A DNA stretch of 64,000 nucleotides from Euryarchaeota archaeon UBA171. Its GTDB lineage: Archaea; Thermoplasmatota; Poseidoniia; Poseidoniales; Thalassarchaeaceae. The notes beneath the pieces were generated by a model that saw only the letters and a list, made by a program, of their open reading frames with translations, ran no database searches and was not told where the DNA came from. This document shows, in pieces, positions 47,699 to 58,538 of this stretch; within the stretch, counting starts at the first letter, position 1; each line of letters begins with the position of its first letter. The stretch covers positions 4,978 to 68,977 of the forward strand of contig DANO01000029.1 of NCBI GenBank assembly GCA_002497295.1. Reading direction: 5' to 3'. Made by a program: the position numbers and the translations under genes.

Positions 47699-49294
47699 GT
47701 GTCCTCCCCTGACGAAGACCTCACCCTCCAAGATACAGACAGGGTAACAGGTAGGGCTGCGCTAGTTGGAAATGCAAGGGCTGCTTTGGCCGTAGCAGCT
47801 GCTGTGAGGTCGACATTAGGCCCAAAAGGGATGGACAAGATGCTCATTGATCAGAATGGAGAAGTTCTGATTACTAATGACGGGGCTACGGTTTTAGATA
47901 CGGCCAAGGTAGAACATCCAACTGCGAAACTAGTGATTGAAACGAGTATCACACAGGATCGAGTGGCAAGAGATGGGACGACTACTTCCATACTGATATT
48001 AGCAGAATTACTCAGAAATGCACTCGAGCTTTCCAGATCTGGACTTCATCCGACAATAATTGCTGATTCGTACAGATCCGCATATTCGATGTGCATGAAA
48101 GAAATAGATTCGATTGCGAGGCCCATCACCTCTGATGAAGATGTGCGGTACATTGTATCAACCTGCATAGGGCAGAAAATCGATTCGTCCATGCTCGATT
48201 TAGTATGCATGCTCGCATTGGATGCTTCTGAATCGATTGAGGTGAATGATCCAGAGGGAGAACGGATTTTGGTTAAACGGATTTCTCTAGAAGAGGGTGC
48301 AGTCACAGATACAGAACTTGTTTCTGCCTTCGTTACCAGGAAGCAGAGATTTGACAAATCTATGCCAAATCATGGAGGAAGTTGCTCTATTGCGGTGATT
48401 GATGGGGGTCTTGAGGTACCGGAACTAGAATTCGATGCTGAGCTTGAGATAAGTTCGTTGGGGGTCAGAGAAGGATTTACTCAGCGAAAGAGGAAGAAAT
48501 TGGAGGGTCTTGTTTCACATCTTGAGTCTCTCGGAGTTGGAATTCTGGCTGTGCGGGACGGTATAGACGAAGAAGCACAGAGCATGCTCAGGAAAGCAGG
48601 CATCAATTGCTTCAGGAGATTCGACAAGGAAGATCTGAACAGGCTCTCCCAGATAACAGGGGCCATGATTGTCCGATCTATTGAAGTCACTGAAAGTACG
48701 CATCTTGGGCGTTGTGATTCATGGAAAGAGCGTAAAGTATCAGGTGTTCACTATCTGCATGTAGTATCAAATTCTGGTCGAGGGAAGACTCTTCTCGTCA
48801 GAGGTTCAACTCCTGCTCTTAGAGATGAAGTCGTTCGGACTTTCGATGATGCACTCGGAGTTGCAGTTAGAGTCTCCGGGACTGCGCCTATGCTCCCCGG
48901 AGGAGGCTCGACATGGAGTCACCTTGCACGCATGCTTAGGAATGAGGCGAGTAAGTATGCAGGGAAGAGGCAATTGGCTGTTGAAGGATTTGCAGATGCC
49001 CTGGAAACCATCCCTCGGGTCCTTGCACAGAATTCAGGCCATGATCCAATAGACAGGATTCTTGAACTGTCTGCTGCACAGACGAAGGATGGTCCATGGG
49101 TTGGTTTCGATTTAATGACTGATAATCTCGTGAGTCTCGATTCGATTGGAATAATAGATCTTCGACTGGTTGTTGAGAATGCATTGTCTGGAGCTACTGA
49201 GGGCGCTATATCGGTACTCAGGATCGATGATGTCCTGTGGGCCAAGGTCGAGCCAGGGGAGCCTGACTGGAATCAAGACGAGGATGAAGATTGA
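47699..49294 (+). CDS. Group II chaperonin (thermosome) subunit, divergent paralog
   Basis: STLGPKGMDKML, ITNDGATVL, RDGTTT, LLVRGS, DDAL, PGGG, LAQNSG, LRIDDV. Confidence 0.88.
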   Translation: MSSPDEDLTLQDTDRVTGRAALVGNARAALAVAAAVRSTLGPKGMDKMLIDQNGEVLITNDGATVLDTAKVEHPTAKLVIETSITQDRVARDGTTTSILILAELLRNALELSRSGLHPTIIADSYRSAYSMCMKEIDSIARPITSDEDVRYIVSTCIGQKIDSSMLDLVCMLALDASESIEVNDPEGERILVKRISLEEGAVTDTELVSAFVTRKQRFDKSMPNHGGSCSIAVIDGGLEVPELEFDAELEISSLGVREGFTQRKRKKLEGLVSHLESLGVGILAVRDGIDEEAQSMLRKAGINCFRRFDKEDLNRLSQITGAMIVRSIEVTESTHLGRCDSWKERKVSGVHYLHVVSNSGRGKTLLVRGSTPALRDEVVRTFDDALGVAVRVSGTAPMLPGGGSTWSHLARMLRNEASKYAGKRQLAVEGFADALETIPRVLAQNSGHDPIDRILELSAAQTKDGPWVGFDLMTDNLVSLDSIGIIDLRLVVENALSGATEGAISVLRIDDVLWAKVEPGEPDWNQDEDED

Positions 49295-50229
49295 GCCACG
49301 CCTACCATCATAGAATCAACTAGCTGATCTATGTCGAATCTTGATTCCCAGCCCCAATCATTCCTAGCAGGAGCATCGTCTACATCTTCTGGCCAAGTGT
49401 CAGCTATTTGCTGACGTTCGTCCGGAATGAATCGCATTACCGCGTTCGGCCTCCTGCGACGTATGCAGTGTGCTAATTCCATGGCTGAGAAGCTTACGCC
49501 TCTGACATTGTACCCGGGCCTCCATCTAGAGAGTTTCTCAGATGGGGCGCTCATGAGTTCCATGGTGGCTCTAATTGCATCCTGCATCATCATCATTGGA
49601 AGTTTGGTATCTCCGCGGACAAAGAAATCGTACTTTTCATTTTCATGAATTCCATAGAATACCTGAACTGCATAATCTGTAGTTCCGCCAGTCGGAGGAG
49701 TTGTCCAAGACAGCAGTCCTGGATACCTCAAACCACGAGCATCTACGCCATAGTTTTGGAAATACTTCAGCATCATTTCCTCTCCTTCTTTCTTAGTTCG
49801 ACCGTATACGGTGGTCGGCGACAGAGGGGAATGTTGCATCGCAATAGGTCTTGAATCAGGTCCGAATACTGCTATTGAAGAGGGTGCAAAAACTCTGCAT
49901 CCATGATTTCGAGCTGCATCGAGAATGTTTTGAAGGCCCCCCAGGTTTACTCTCTCGCACAGGTCAGGATCTTTCTCCCCATGCGCGGAAAGAACTGCTG
50001 CAAGATGATAGATGGTATCGATGGAGTGCTCGGAAATCGCTCTTGAAATCGCATCATAATCAAGTACATCTAACAACTGAAAGGGTCCTCCTTGGCTTCC
50101 TTCATCGCGAATATCGGTGGTTAATACAGAGCCTTTCCCGTACATTGCTTGGAGAGTAGTAGTAAGATCAGAGCCTATCTGTCCGAGGGCCCCGGTGACT
50201 AGAATTTGGCTCCCGAGCACGCCGACCAT
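49273..50229 (-). CDS. L-threonine 3-dehydrogenase (epimerase/extended SDR type)
   Basis: TGALGQIG, HLAAVLSA.GE, PSSIAVFG, YGRTK, RYPGL, GGTTDYAV, RQ.IAD.WP. Confidence 0.85.
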   Translation of the reverse strand: MVGVLGSQILVTGALGQIGSDLTTTLQAMYGKGSVLTTDIRDEGSQGGPFQLLDVLDYDAISRAISEHSIDTIYHLAAVLSAHGEKDPDLCERVNLGGLQNILDAARNHGCRVFAPSSIAVFGPDSRPIAMQHSPLSPTTVYGRTKKEGEEMMLKYFQNYGVDARGLRYPGLLSWTTPPTGGTTDYAVQVFYGIHENEKYDFFVRGDTKLPMMMMQDAIRATMELMSAPSEKLSRWRPGYNVRGVSFSAMELAHCIRRRRPNAVMRFIPDERQQIADTWPEDVDDAPARNDWGWESRFDIDQLVDSMMVGVAQSSSSS

Positions 50230-50332
50230 GACGTGTAAATAATCAGGCGATACTTGAACATCGATCATACAAGGTAGTAGCATTGCCAAGGTTCATATGC
50301 GACGTAAAATGGCTCCATATCCCGTTGTTATC

Positions 50333-51997
50333 ATGAAATATGTGATTGTGACGGGCGGCGTTCTATCTGGTCTCGGCAAGGGAATCACGGCGAGTAGCAT
50401 AGGAGTCCTGATGAAATCGGTCGGGATGAAAGTCACTTCGATAAAGATCGATCCATACCTAAACAGCGATGCTGGTACGATGTCGCCGTTCGAGCACGGT
50501 GAAGTATTCGTATTGGATGATGGCGGGGAGGCAGATCTCGATCTTGGCAATTATGAGCGATTTCTTGATGTCTCTCTGACCCGCGACCACAACTTAACCA
50601 CGGGCAAAGTGTACTCGGCGGTCATCGAACGGGAGCGTAGAGGGGACTATCTTGGAAAGACTGTTCAAGTCATACCCCACATAACCAACGAAATACAAGA
50701 TTGGATCGAGCGTGTAAGCATACTTCCGACAAATGATTCGGGCGATGCTCCAGATGCATGCGTGATTGAACTTGGAGGAACTGTGGGGGACATAGAGAGT
50801 TCTCCATTCGTAGAGGCTCTGAGACAATTTCAATTCAGAGTGGGGCGTGAGAATGTTTGTTTCGTCCATGTTAGCTTGGTTCCCGTGATGGGGCCTGTGG
50901 GGGAACAGAAAACAAAACCTACTCAACACACTGTGAAGGAGTTGCGAGGACTGGGTATAACCCCCGATCTTATTGTATGCAGATCCAAAGATCCTCTGCA
51001 TGACGAAGTAAAGGAGAAGTTGGCTGCTTTCTGCCATGTGGAGCCGAGAGCGGTAATTTCCGCGCACGACGTATCAAATCTGTATCAGATACCGATTTCA
51101 TTTGAGAGGCAGGGCGTCAGGTCGATGATTGCAGAATGCATCGGAGTAGAAGAATCGGATCATGACGAATATCTGGAACAATGGCGTGAGATGGCGGACA
51201 GAGTGGACAGTCTGAATGAGGAAGTTAAAATTGCCATGGTTGGCAAGTATACCGGTCTTTCAGACTCCTATCTCAGCGTCATAAAGGCGCTCCAGCATTC
51301 TGCTATCGCCGTAAATCGTAAACTCACAATCGACTGGATAGAGTCGACTGACCTAGATTCATCTATGCTCAACTCGGATGAGGATTCCTACAATGCTGCA
51401 TGGGAGAAGCTCAAGTTAGCTGACGGCATACTTGTTCCCGGCGGATTCGGCAACCGCGGCGTCGAGGGCAAGGTTGAGGCAGCCAGATATGCACGTGAAA
51501 ATAATGTTCCATACCTCGGAATATGTCTTGGGCTGCAGATTGCTACCATTGAATTCTGTAGGAATGTTCTGAATTTGGAGGGTGCGAATTCAGAAGAGTT
51601 TGTTGAAGATTCCGGGAGTCTCGAATATCCTGCAGTCGTATTCATGCCAGAAATATCCAAGACGCATATGGGCGGAACAATGAGGTTGGGTGCCAAGATT
51701 ACGCCATTTGTAGTGGATGACTGCAAGATTAAGCGGCTTTACGGGGGATTGGATGCGGTGAGCGAAAGACACAGGCACCGATATGAAGTAAATCCGGATC
51801 TGATAGACCGTATAGAAGAAGCGGGGTTGGTCTATGTCGGCAAGGATGACACGGGACAGAGATGTGAGATCATGGAATTGATGGGTCACCCGTATTTCGT
51901 TGGTACCCAATATCATCCAGAGTTCAAATCTCGTCCAGGACGTCCCAGTCCTCCATTCCTAGGTTTATTGAAAGCAGCATCTGGACAGCTCGAATAA
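50333..51997 (+). CDS. pyrG: CTP synthase
   Basis: [52 protein letters not shown]. Confidence 0.97.
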   Translation: MKYVIVTGGVLSGLGKGITASSIGVLMKSVGMKVTSIKIDPYLNSDAGTMSPFEHGEVFVLDDGGEADLDLGNYERFLDVSLTRDHNLTTGKVYSAVIERERRGDYLGKTVQVIPHITNEIQDWIERVSILPTNDSGDAPDACVIELGGTVGDIESSPFVEALRQFQFRVGRENVCFVHVSLVPVMGPVGEQKTKPTQHTVKELRGLGITPDLIVCRSKDPLHDEVKEKLAAFCHVEPRAVISAHDVSNLYQIPISFERQGVRSMIAECIGVEESDHDEYLEQWREMADRVDSLNEEVKIAMVGKYTGLSDSYLSVIKALQHSAIAVNRKLTIDWIESTDLDSSMLNSDEDSYNAAWEKLKLADGILVPGGFGNRGVEGKVEAARYARENNVPYLGICLGLQIATIEFCRNVLNLEGANSEEFVEDSGSLEYPAVVFMPEISKTHMGGTMRLGAKITPFVVDDCKIKRLYGGLDAVSERHRHRYEVNPDLIDRIEEAGLVYVGKDDTGQRCEIMELMGHPYFVGTQYHPEFKSRPGRPSPPFLGLLKAASGQLE

Positions 51998-52062
51998 TTC
52001 TGAGATTGAGTTTCTAAGTGCTCTGAAACATGACTTATTATCGTCCATGGCTATGCTAGACA

Positions 52063-53580
52063 GTGTCAGTCACAGTTGTCTGGTTCAGACGGGATTTACG
52101 CTTGGGAGATAATCCTGCTCTAGCAATGGCAAAGAGTCTTGGTAAACCAATCATATGTTTGTTCAATATGGACTCTGCTCGTATTGGAAGGCCTGATGTA
52201 GACTCGATTCATATTCAATGGGAGCTTGATTGTTTACGAGTATTGAAGACTGATATCGAGGCGATTGGTGGAGTATTGTTATTCCATTTCGGAGATGTTG
52301 TTGACAAGTTGAGGGAAATTCATCAGGAGAATAGCATTAGCTCGATTTATGGGAATCAGGAAACGGGCTTACAATGGTCATGGGACCGCGACAAGTCTGT
52401 TTCCAGCTGGTGTGATAGGGAAGGAGTTCGATTCGTCGAATTCCCGACGAATGGCGTCATTCGAAAATTGGAATCGAGGGACACCTGGAAAAAAGAGCGT
52501 GATTCAAGAATGGAAAAATCAGCGATAATCCCGCCCACAGAAATCATTGCCCCCATTGGTATTGAATCTGACAGAATACCCGATATCTCGGACTTTGGGT
52601 TAGTCGAGCGGTCACTCATAGATCGGCCTGACCCAGGGGAAAGGTCTGCAACTGCCACATTACAATCATTCTTGGATGGACGTGGTCGTACTTATCGGAG
52701 AGATATGTCCAGCCCCATCTCTGCGCAGAGTGCTTGTTCACGGTTATCGCCATTCATCAGTGTGGGTTGTATAACCATTCGACAGATACTCCATCACACT
52801 AAGAAAAAAGTAGAAGACGTGAAAAGGGATCCGAGATCAAGGGAAAATCTTGGTTGGACAGGGAGTTTGAGTTCATTCCGGAGTCGCCTGGCATGGCACT
52901 GTCATTTCATACAGCGTCTGGAGGTTGAGTTGACGCTGGATAGTATCGCGATGAATCCTGAAATAGACTTGTATCTGAATCGTTCAATGGACGATTCGAG
53001 ATACCGGGCATGGTCGAAGGGGGAGACTGGCTGGCCATTCTTCGATGCATGCATGCGCTCACTAATCGCTACGGGATGGATAAATTTCAGAATGAGAGGT
53101 ATGCTTCAATCGGTCGCTTCATACACTCTTTGGTTACCTTGGCAATTGACGGGTTTGCACTTGGCGAGATCTTTCCTGGACTATGAGCCAGGGATACATT
53201 GGTCGCAAGTTCAAATGCAATCTGGAGTAACTGGAATTAATTCAATTAGAGCGTATTCTATTTCCAAGCAGTCTCGAGACCAGGACCCTAATGGAGATTT
53301 CATCAGACAATGGGTGGAGGAATTACGAGATGTTCCAACATCATTGATCCACGAGCCATGGCTCATGGATTTGGATCAACAGAAAGAGTATGGTTGCATA
53401 CTGGACGTGAATTATCCAAGACCCATTGTTGATGAGAAGGATTCACGTAAAGAGGGGATTAGTCGATCTTATTCAGCGAAATCGAAGCCCGGGGTTAAGC
53501 AAAAATCACGTTTGGTATACAAACTTCATGGCAGTAGAAAACGTCAACGAAGTATTGGGAATAGAAGTAGGAAAATTTGA
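52063..53580 (+). CDS. DNA photolyase / cryptochrome family flavoprotein
   Basis: [59 protein letters not shown]. Confidence 0.92.
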   Translation: MSVTVVWFRRDLRLGDNPALAMAKSLGKPIICLFNMDSARIGRPDVDSIHIQWELDCLRVLKTDIEAIGGVLLFHFGDVVDKLREIHQENSISSIYGNQETGLQWSWDRDKSVSSWCDREGVRFVEFPTNGVIRKLESRDTWKKERDSRMEKSAIIPPTEIIAPIGIESDRIPDISDFGLVERSLIDRPDPGERSATATLQSFLDGRGRTYRRDMSSPISAQSACSRLSPFISVGCITIRQILHHTKKKVEDVKRDPRSRENLGWTGSLSSFRSRLAWHCHFIQRLEVELTLDSIAMNPEIDLYLNRSMDDSRYRAWSKGETGWPFFDACMRSLIATGWINFRMRGMLQSVASYTLWLPWQLTGLHLARSFLDYEPGIHWSQVQMQSGVTGINSIRAYSISKQSRDQDPNGDFIRQWVEELRDVPTSLIHEPWLMDLDQQKEYGCILDVNYPRPIVDEKDSRKEGISRSYSAKSKPGVKQKSRLVYKLHGSRKRQRSIGNRSRKI

Positions 53581-53584
53581 GGGA

Positions 53585-54724
53585 TCAATCGACGGAAACC
53601 GGAAGTATTCGGGTAGTCCTATATCCTTGTAATGCCTTGAGATACTTCATTTCTCTGAATATGTCGTCTAGTTCATCATCCCCTGTCTCAATTCTGAGTG
53701 ATCTGATGGTCAATAGCTTCGAAGGTGTGCATATGCCCAATACGGACGAGGGTTTTGCCTTCCTCAGAACTTCGGGGGATAGTTGCAAATTACCCCTCCC
53801 TATGAGGAATCCCTGACCACCCATGGGCGATAACAAAATTGTCACTTCGCCGCGATGTGCATCCAACAACTCAATCAAACCCCCCTCGCTGAGATCTGTT
53901 CCAACCTGATTATTGCCTAATGACGCGTCCATTCCAAGTAAGGTTGGGCTCAAACCTACGATTTCCCCTATTCTACGCAAAGTCCCTCCAGATCCCCATA
54001 TGACTAGTCTCTCAGGAGACATCAGAACGTCACGAACGTGCTCAGCGATTCCCTCGATAACCTCATCTTCCGAGGCTGATTCAACCATTTCTTTTGCTCC
54101 CTGCATCCATCTAGGACTTGAAGGGGTCATTGCCTCTGCGTATAAGCGAACGGACCACCCCCCATCTCGGTAGATTTCCTCATCGAGATCTAGAACCTCG
54201 GTTGAGGCGACTAGTAAGTCGCCGCCCATCCATGCCTCCACCACCTCCGCTGCAGCTTTGGGGGAGCTGGCAAAACATCCAGAGTACATCTTGACTCCAC
54301 AGGGTATTCCAACGATCGGGATTGTGGATGATTCATTCTCTTCTAGAGTTTGTATCAAGTCTCTTGTAGTTCCATCTCCGCCCGCATAGAGTATCAGATC
54401 AACCCCTTGATTAACGAGTATCTTTACCAACTCTATTGTATCTTCATGAGAAGTGGTGCCCCTGGATTCGTGTACAACAATCGTATTGATATCAGATTCT
54501 GAATCGAGCCACTCGGACCCCATCCTCCCTTCGGAGATTAGTACTGTTGCTGCGTACTTTGTAAGAGCGTTTTCCAAAAGTGTCATTGCGGATCTTGCTC
54601 GAGGACCTGCTCGATCTTCAGCACCTTCAGCCCTAGCTTTCAACGCCAAGCCGTCGGACCCCTTTAGACCAAGCCTACCGCCAAGACCTGCATCCGGGTT
54701 GACCACGAGCCCGATGCGGAACAT
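53585..54724 (-). CDS. ATP-NAD kinase family protein
   Basis: NPDAGLGG..GLKGSDG, AGGDGTTRD, GIPCGVKM.S, GGQGFLIGRGNLQLSP. Confidence 0.8.
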   Translation of the reverse strand: MFRIGLVVNPDAGLGGRLGLKGSDGLALKARAEGAEDRAGPRARSAMTLLENALTKYAATVLISEGRMGSEWLDSESDINTIVVHESRGTTSHEDTIELVKILVNQGVDLILYAGGDGTTRDLIQTLEENESSTIPIVGIPCGVKMYSGCFASSPKAAAEVVEAWMGGDLLVASTEVLDLDEEIYRDGGWSVRLYAEAMTPSSPRWMQGAKEMVESASEDEVIEGIAEHVRDVLMSPERLVIWGSGGTLRRIGEIVGLSPTLLGMDASLGNNQVGTDLSEGGLIELLDAHRGEVTILLSPMGGQGFLIGRGNLQLSPEVLRKAKPSSVLGICTPSKLLTIRSLRIETGDDELDDIFREMKYLKALQGYRTTRILPVSVD

Positions 54725-54893
54725 AGTCTTCGGAAAGGATGCGGTAACTTAGGGGTACGCCTGAAATTGGGATTCAAATCTCATTCCATTACTAATTCTA
54801 AAGTTATCATGATGCCCATATACAGCAGTACTATGCTCGTACCTTCCACGGTCTTCATAACCAAATGTCGATGGAGAGGCAAATGGGATTTCT

Positions 54894-56837
54894 ATGGCGA
54901 TGGTCAGCGTTGAGCTCTCTGATGGCACTATTCACGAATATGCCGGGGGCATCACCGCGGGTGAAGTGATCTTCAATGTCCATGGCAAGAAATCTGGGGC
55001 CGTAGCAGTTCTTATCGATGGAGAGGAAAGAGATTTCTCACACGTCATAGAATCTGACTGCACAATAAAACCGATATTGGGCGACAGTGATGAGGGGCTG
55101 TACATCCTCCGGCACTCTTGTGCGCATCTACTTGCCCAAGCTGTTGTGGAGCTCTTTCCAGAAGCAAAACCGACGATTGGTCCGCCTATTGATCATGGAT
55201 TCTATTACGACTTCCACATGGATCCGATAGGGGATGATGATCTCAGAAACATAGAGAAGAAGATGCAACAGCATATCAGATCAAATCACAAAATCATACG
55301 AGAGGAATATGATAACTCGACATTGCGAGAGATGTTCGGATCTAACAAATTCAAAATTGAAATCATGGATGACAAGGTCGGGCATGATGTCGGATCTTCT
55401 GCATACCGTCAGGGTGATTTCTTTGATTTGTGTCGTGGCCCGCATGTCCCGTCGACCTCTCACTTGAGGTGGTTCAAGCTTACAAGCACCAGTCAGGCTT
55501 ACTGGAGGGCCGATAGTTCGCGTGAGTCGTTGGTAAGGATATACGGGATGTGCTATTCCTCGAAAGAGGGCCTCAAAGAAAGGCAGCGTCAGATAGAAGA
55601 AGCGGGTAAAAGAGATCATAAAAAAATCGGCAAAGAAATGGAACTCTACATGATTGATGAGTTGATTGGGAAGGGGCTCCCTGTTTGGCTTCCCAACGGT
55701 GAGACTCTGAAATCTCAAATTGAAAAGTTTGCAGTTGAAACTGAAGATAACTATGGTTACGTACGTGTAACTACCCCTGTACTTGGAAAGAAGCAGCTCT
55801 TCGAAGCGAGTGGACATCTCCCGCACTATGCTGATGGTATGTACCCACCCATGGAGATGGACGATGGCACGTATTATCTCAAGGCGATGAACTGTCCAAT
55901 GCATCATCTAGTTTACAAGAACAAGAAGCGATCGTACAGAGATCTACCGCTCAGAGTGGCCGAGTATGGGACAGTCTATCGAAATGAGTTATCTGGTACG
56001 CTAGCTGGTCTTTTGAGAGTGCGTATGCTCTCGATGAACGATGCACACATCTATTGTACGCTTGATCAGGTCGCTGAAGAGGTTGCATCAAATGTACGCA
56101 TGGTCCAGGACTACTATTCCGCATTTGGATTTGAGGACTATTCATTCAGGCTATCCTTGTGGGATCCTGCGAAGACCTCGAAATATATTGACCAACCAGA
56201 AAACTGGGCATTGACCCAAGACAGACTGCGTTCAATAATGAATGATCTCGGCGTGGACTACGTTGAAGCGGTCGGTGAAGCGGCATTCTATGGGCCTAAG
56301 GTGGATATTCAGTTCAGAACTGCTCTTGGTAGAGAGGAATCCATGTCTACTATACAACTCGACTTTGCAGCAAAGGAGAGGTTTGGATTATCGTATATGG
56401 ATGAAACAGGTTCTGAAAATGGTGAGGTTCTGGTGTTACACAGAGCGCCTCTGTCGACGCATGAGCGATTTGTAGCCTTCCTTACAGAGCATTGGATGGG
56501 GAATTTCCCAACTTGGCTTTCACCCACCCAGGTTCAGATAATTACTATCTCTGAACGTCATGCTGAGCACGCTGCAAAGGTGGCACTCAATCTGAGAGAG
56601 CAGGGTATCCGGGTCTCCCTAGACGACTCAGACAGCACGATAGGTAGGAAAATTAGGACTCATAGAAAAATGCGGCCAGCCTACATGCTAATTATCGGAG
56701 AAGATGAGGTAGAAAATGGGACTGTTTCAATCAGGGCTCGAAATGGAGATCAACGCAATGGTGTGCTGCTTAAAGATTTCATCGAGGGTATTGTTGAAGA
56801 AATCAAGAGCAGGTCGCCATCTATGAGTATGGTTTAA
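54894..56837 (+). CDS. thrS: Threonine--tRNA ligase (bacterial type)
   Basis: RHSCAH, GFYYDF, DLCRGPH, RDH.K.G, MNCP.H, YRNE.SG, FYGPK.D, HRA...T.ERF. Confidence 0.96.
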   Translation: MAMVSVELSDGTIHEYAGGITAGEVIFNVHGKKSGAVAVLIDGEERDFSHVIESDCTIKPILGDSDEGLYILRHSCAHLLAQAVVELFPEAKPTIGPPIDHGFYYDFHMDPIGDDDLRNIEKKMQQHIRSNHKIIREEYDNSTLREMFGSNKFKIEIMDDKVGHDVGSSAYRQGDFFDLCRGPHVPSTSHLRWFKLTSTSQAYWRADSSRESLVRIYGMCYSSKEGLKERQRQIEEAGKRDHKKIGKEMELYMIDELIGKGLPVWLPNGETLKSQIEKFAVETEDNYGYVRVTTPVLGKKQLFEASGHLPHYADGMYPPMEMDDGTYYLKAMNCPMHHLVYKNKKRSYRDLPLRVAEYGTVYRNELSGTLAGLLRVRMLSMNDAHIYCTLDQVAEEVASNVRMVQDYYSAFGFEDYSFRLSLWDPAKTSKYIDQPENWALTQDRLRSIMNDLGVDYVEAVGEAAFYGPKVDIQFRTALGREESMSTIQLDFAAKERFGLSYMDETGSENGEVLVLHRAPLSTHERFVAFLTEHWMGNFPTWLSPTQVQIITISERHAEHAAKVALNLREQGIRVSLDDSDSTIGRKIRTHRKMRPAYMLIIGEDEVENGTVSIRARNGDQRNGVLLKDFIEGIVEEIKSRSPSMSMV

Positions 56838-56953
56838 ATTCTAATTTTGACATTAAATTTAAGTCCATGGCATCGTGATTTTTGCTCATTATCTAGATGT
56901 TGGGTCAGTCTGGAACCCGTTCTGTTGAAATCGATGAGGCTTTTCGAAGGCTG

Positions 56954-57928
56954 ATGATCATCTCGAAGACGCCGGTTCGAGTCTCATTCTGCGGAGGAGG
57001 TACAGATCTGGATGGATTCTCCAAAAAGGAGCATCTTGGAGGCCTTGTTGTATCAACAGCGATATCTCGATACATACATGTCACGGTGAACGAACGTTTC
57101 GATGACCGTATCAGACTGTCATATTCGAGGATGGAGACGGTGGATAGCGTAGATGATGTACAGCACGATCTCGTCAGAGAGGCTATGAGAGTCACTGGTG
57201 TTACGAGTGGTGTCGAGATAACAACAATCGCAGACATACCCTCTAGAGGTACTGGTCTTGGATCTTCATCAGTCGTAACCGTAGGGGTACTCAATGCTCT
57301 CCACCATCTGGCTGGCAGAACCGTAGGGCCTCGACAACTTGCAGAAGAGGCCTGCAAAATAGAGATTGACATCCTCGGTGAACCGATAGGAAGACAAGAT
57401 CAATATGCTGCTGCGTTTGGGGGTTTGAATAGGATATCATTCGGCGATATGGGTGTGGAAGTTGTACCCATAACCACCGATCCAGGGGTACTAAGACGGA
57501 TGGAGAAGGAGTTTTGCCTGGTCTATACAGGTTCAACACGAAGCGCATCGGCTGTACTCGGTGAAGAGAGTGATGATTCCGAAGATAAATTGAGGCGGCT
57601 TAGGGCGATAAGAGGGCAGGCTGAAGAGGCTGAGGAACTAATCCATTCTGGTGATTTAGATGCTCTTGGTCGTCTTCTCCATAATACGTGGGAGATCAAA
57701 AAAGGTCTATCTCCAAGTGTGACAAACGATGGTCTTGACTCATTATACTCCAGGCTGATTGATTTGGGGGTGACCGGGGGGAAGCTTCTCGGTGCGGGCG
57801 GGGGTGGTTTCTTTCTCGTCCATGGTGATGATTCAATCGCATCCAGACTGATGAGTTCGCTTCCTGAAATAAACAGGGTTCTTCCATTGGTAATTGAAGA
57901 TAATGGGTCAGAAATCATCCAGTCCTAA
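56954..57928 (+). CDS. GHMP kinase, heptose-7-phosphate kinase HddA-like
   Basis: PVRVSFCGGGTD, P..GTGLGSSS, GRQDQYAAAFGG, GGKLLGAGGGGF. Confidence 0.85.
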   Translation: MIISKTPVRVSFCGGGTDLDGFSKKEHLGGLVVSTAISRYIHVTVNERFDDRIRLSYSRMETVDSVDDVQHDLVREAMRVTGVTSGVEITTIADIPSRGTGLGSSSVVTVGVLNALHHLAGRTVGPRQLAEEACKIEIDILGEPIGRQDQYAAAFGGLNRISFGDMGVEVVPITTDPGVLRRMEKEFCLVYTGSTRSASAVLGEESDDSEDKLRRLRAIRGQAEEAEELIHSGDLDALGRLLHNTWEIKKGLSPSVTNDGLDSLYSRLIDLGVTGGKLLGAGGGGFFLVHGDDSIASRLMSSLPEINRVLPLVIEDNGSEIIQS

Positions 57929-58538
57929 CATGGCCTGATGATTTTACTGCCTCTTTTATCACATGGTTCACAATGAGTTGCAGGTCTTCTATTCTCTCCA
58001 TCGAATTCGAGGGCACGACAAGGCAGACATCGACTATGGCAGGCAACTTTCCGCCGCCGCCGCCAAGGTAGTCTCCAGTGATGGCTGCGGTTCTGCAAGA
58101 TCTGTCTCTCGCAAATTCTAACGCTCGGACAACGTTTTCACTAGTGCCTGAGCCACTGAATCCCATGACGAGGTCCCCCTCTCTCAGGAATGTGGTGAGT
58201 TGGCCCACAAATACATCCTCGTACGAGACGTCATTTGCAAATGCTGTCAATGAGGCGGCGTTGTCCACATGCGAGATAGTTCTAACGCGCAACTCCTTGG
58301 ACCAGTCGCCAGCGCTGTGAGATGGGGTAGCAGCACTACCCCCATTGCCTACGAAGTGAATAGTTGCGTCTCTGCCGATTGCAGCGACTACCTCATGATA
58401 TAGAGATTCCAAATCATCCCGGGACAAGTCCTCAAGGGTACGTTGTAGATCCTTGAGGTATCCTCCTGCGAAGTCTTGGAAGTCGAAGTCCACGGAAGGT
58501 TGGTGTGAGCGTACCTTCTTGAGTGCATCTATTCCCAT
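57915..58538 (-). CDS. gmhA: SIS-domain phosphoheptose isomerase, GmhA-like
   Basis: GNGGSAA, LTAFAND, SGSGTSENV, IED.Q...H. Confidence 0.8.
   Translation of the reverse strand: MGIDALKKVRSHQPSVDFDFQDFAGGYLKDLQRTLEDLSRDDLESLYHEVVAAIGRDATIHFVGNGGSAATPSHSAGDWSKELRVRTISHVDNAASLTAFANDVSYEDVFVGQLTTFLREGDLVMGFSGSGTSENVVRALEFARDRSCRTAAITGDYLGGGGGKLPAIVDVCLVVPSNSMERIEDLQLIVNHVIKEAVKSSGHVRTG

Noticed and set aside
54894..56837. Bacterial-type ThrRS as a recent transfer
   Set aside because: Expected for Thermoplasmata-related archaea; no compositional anomaly seen.
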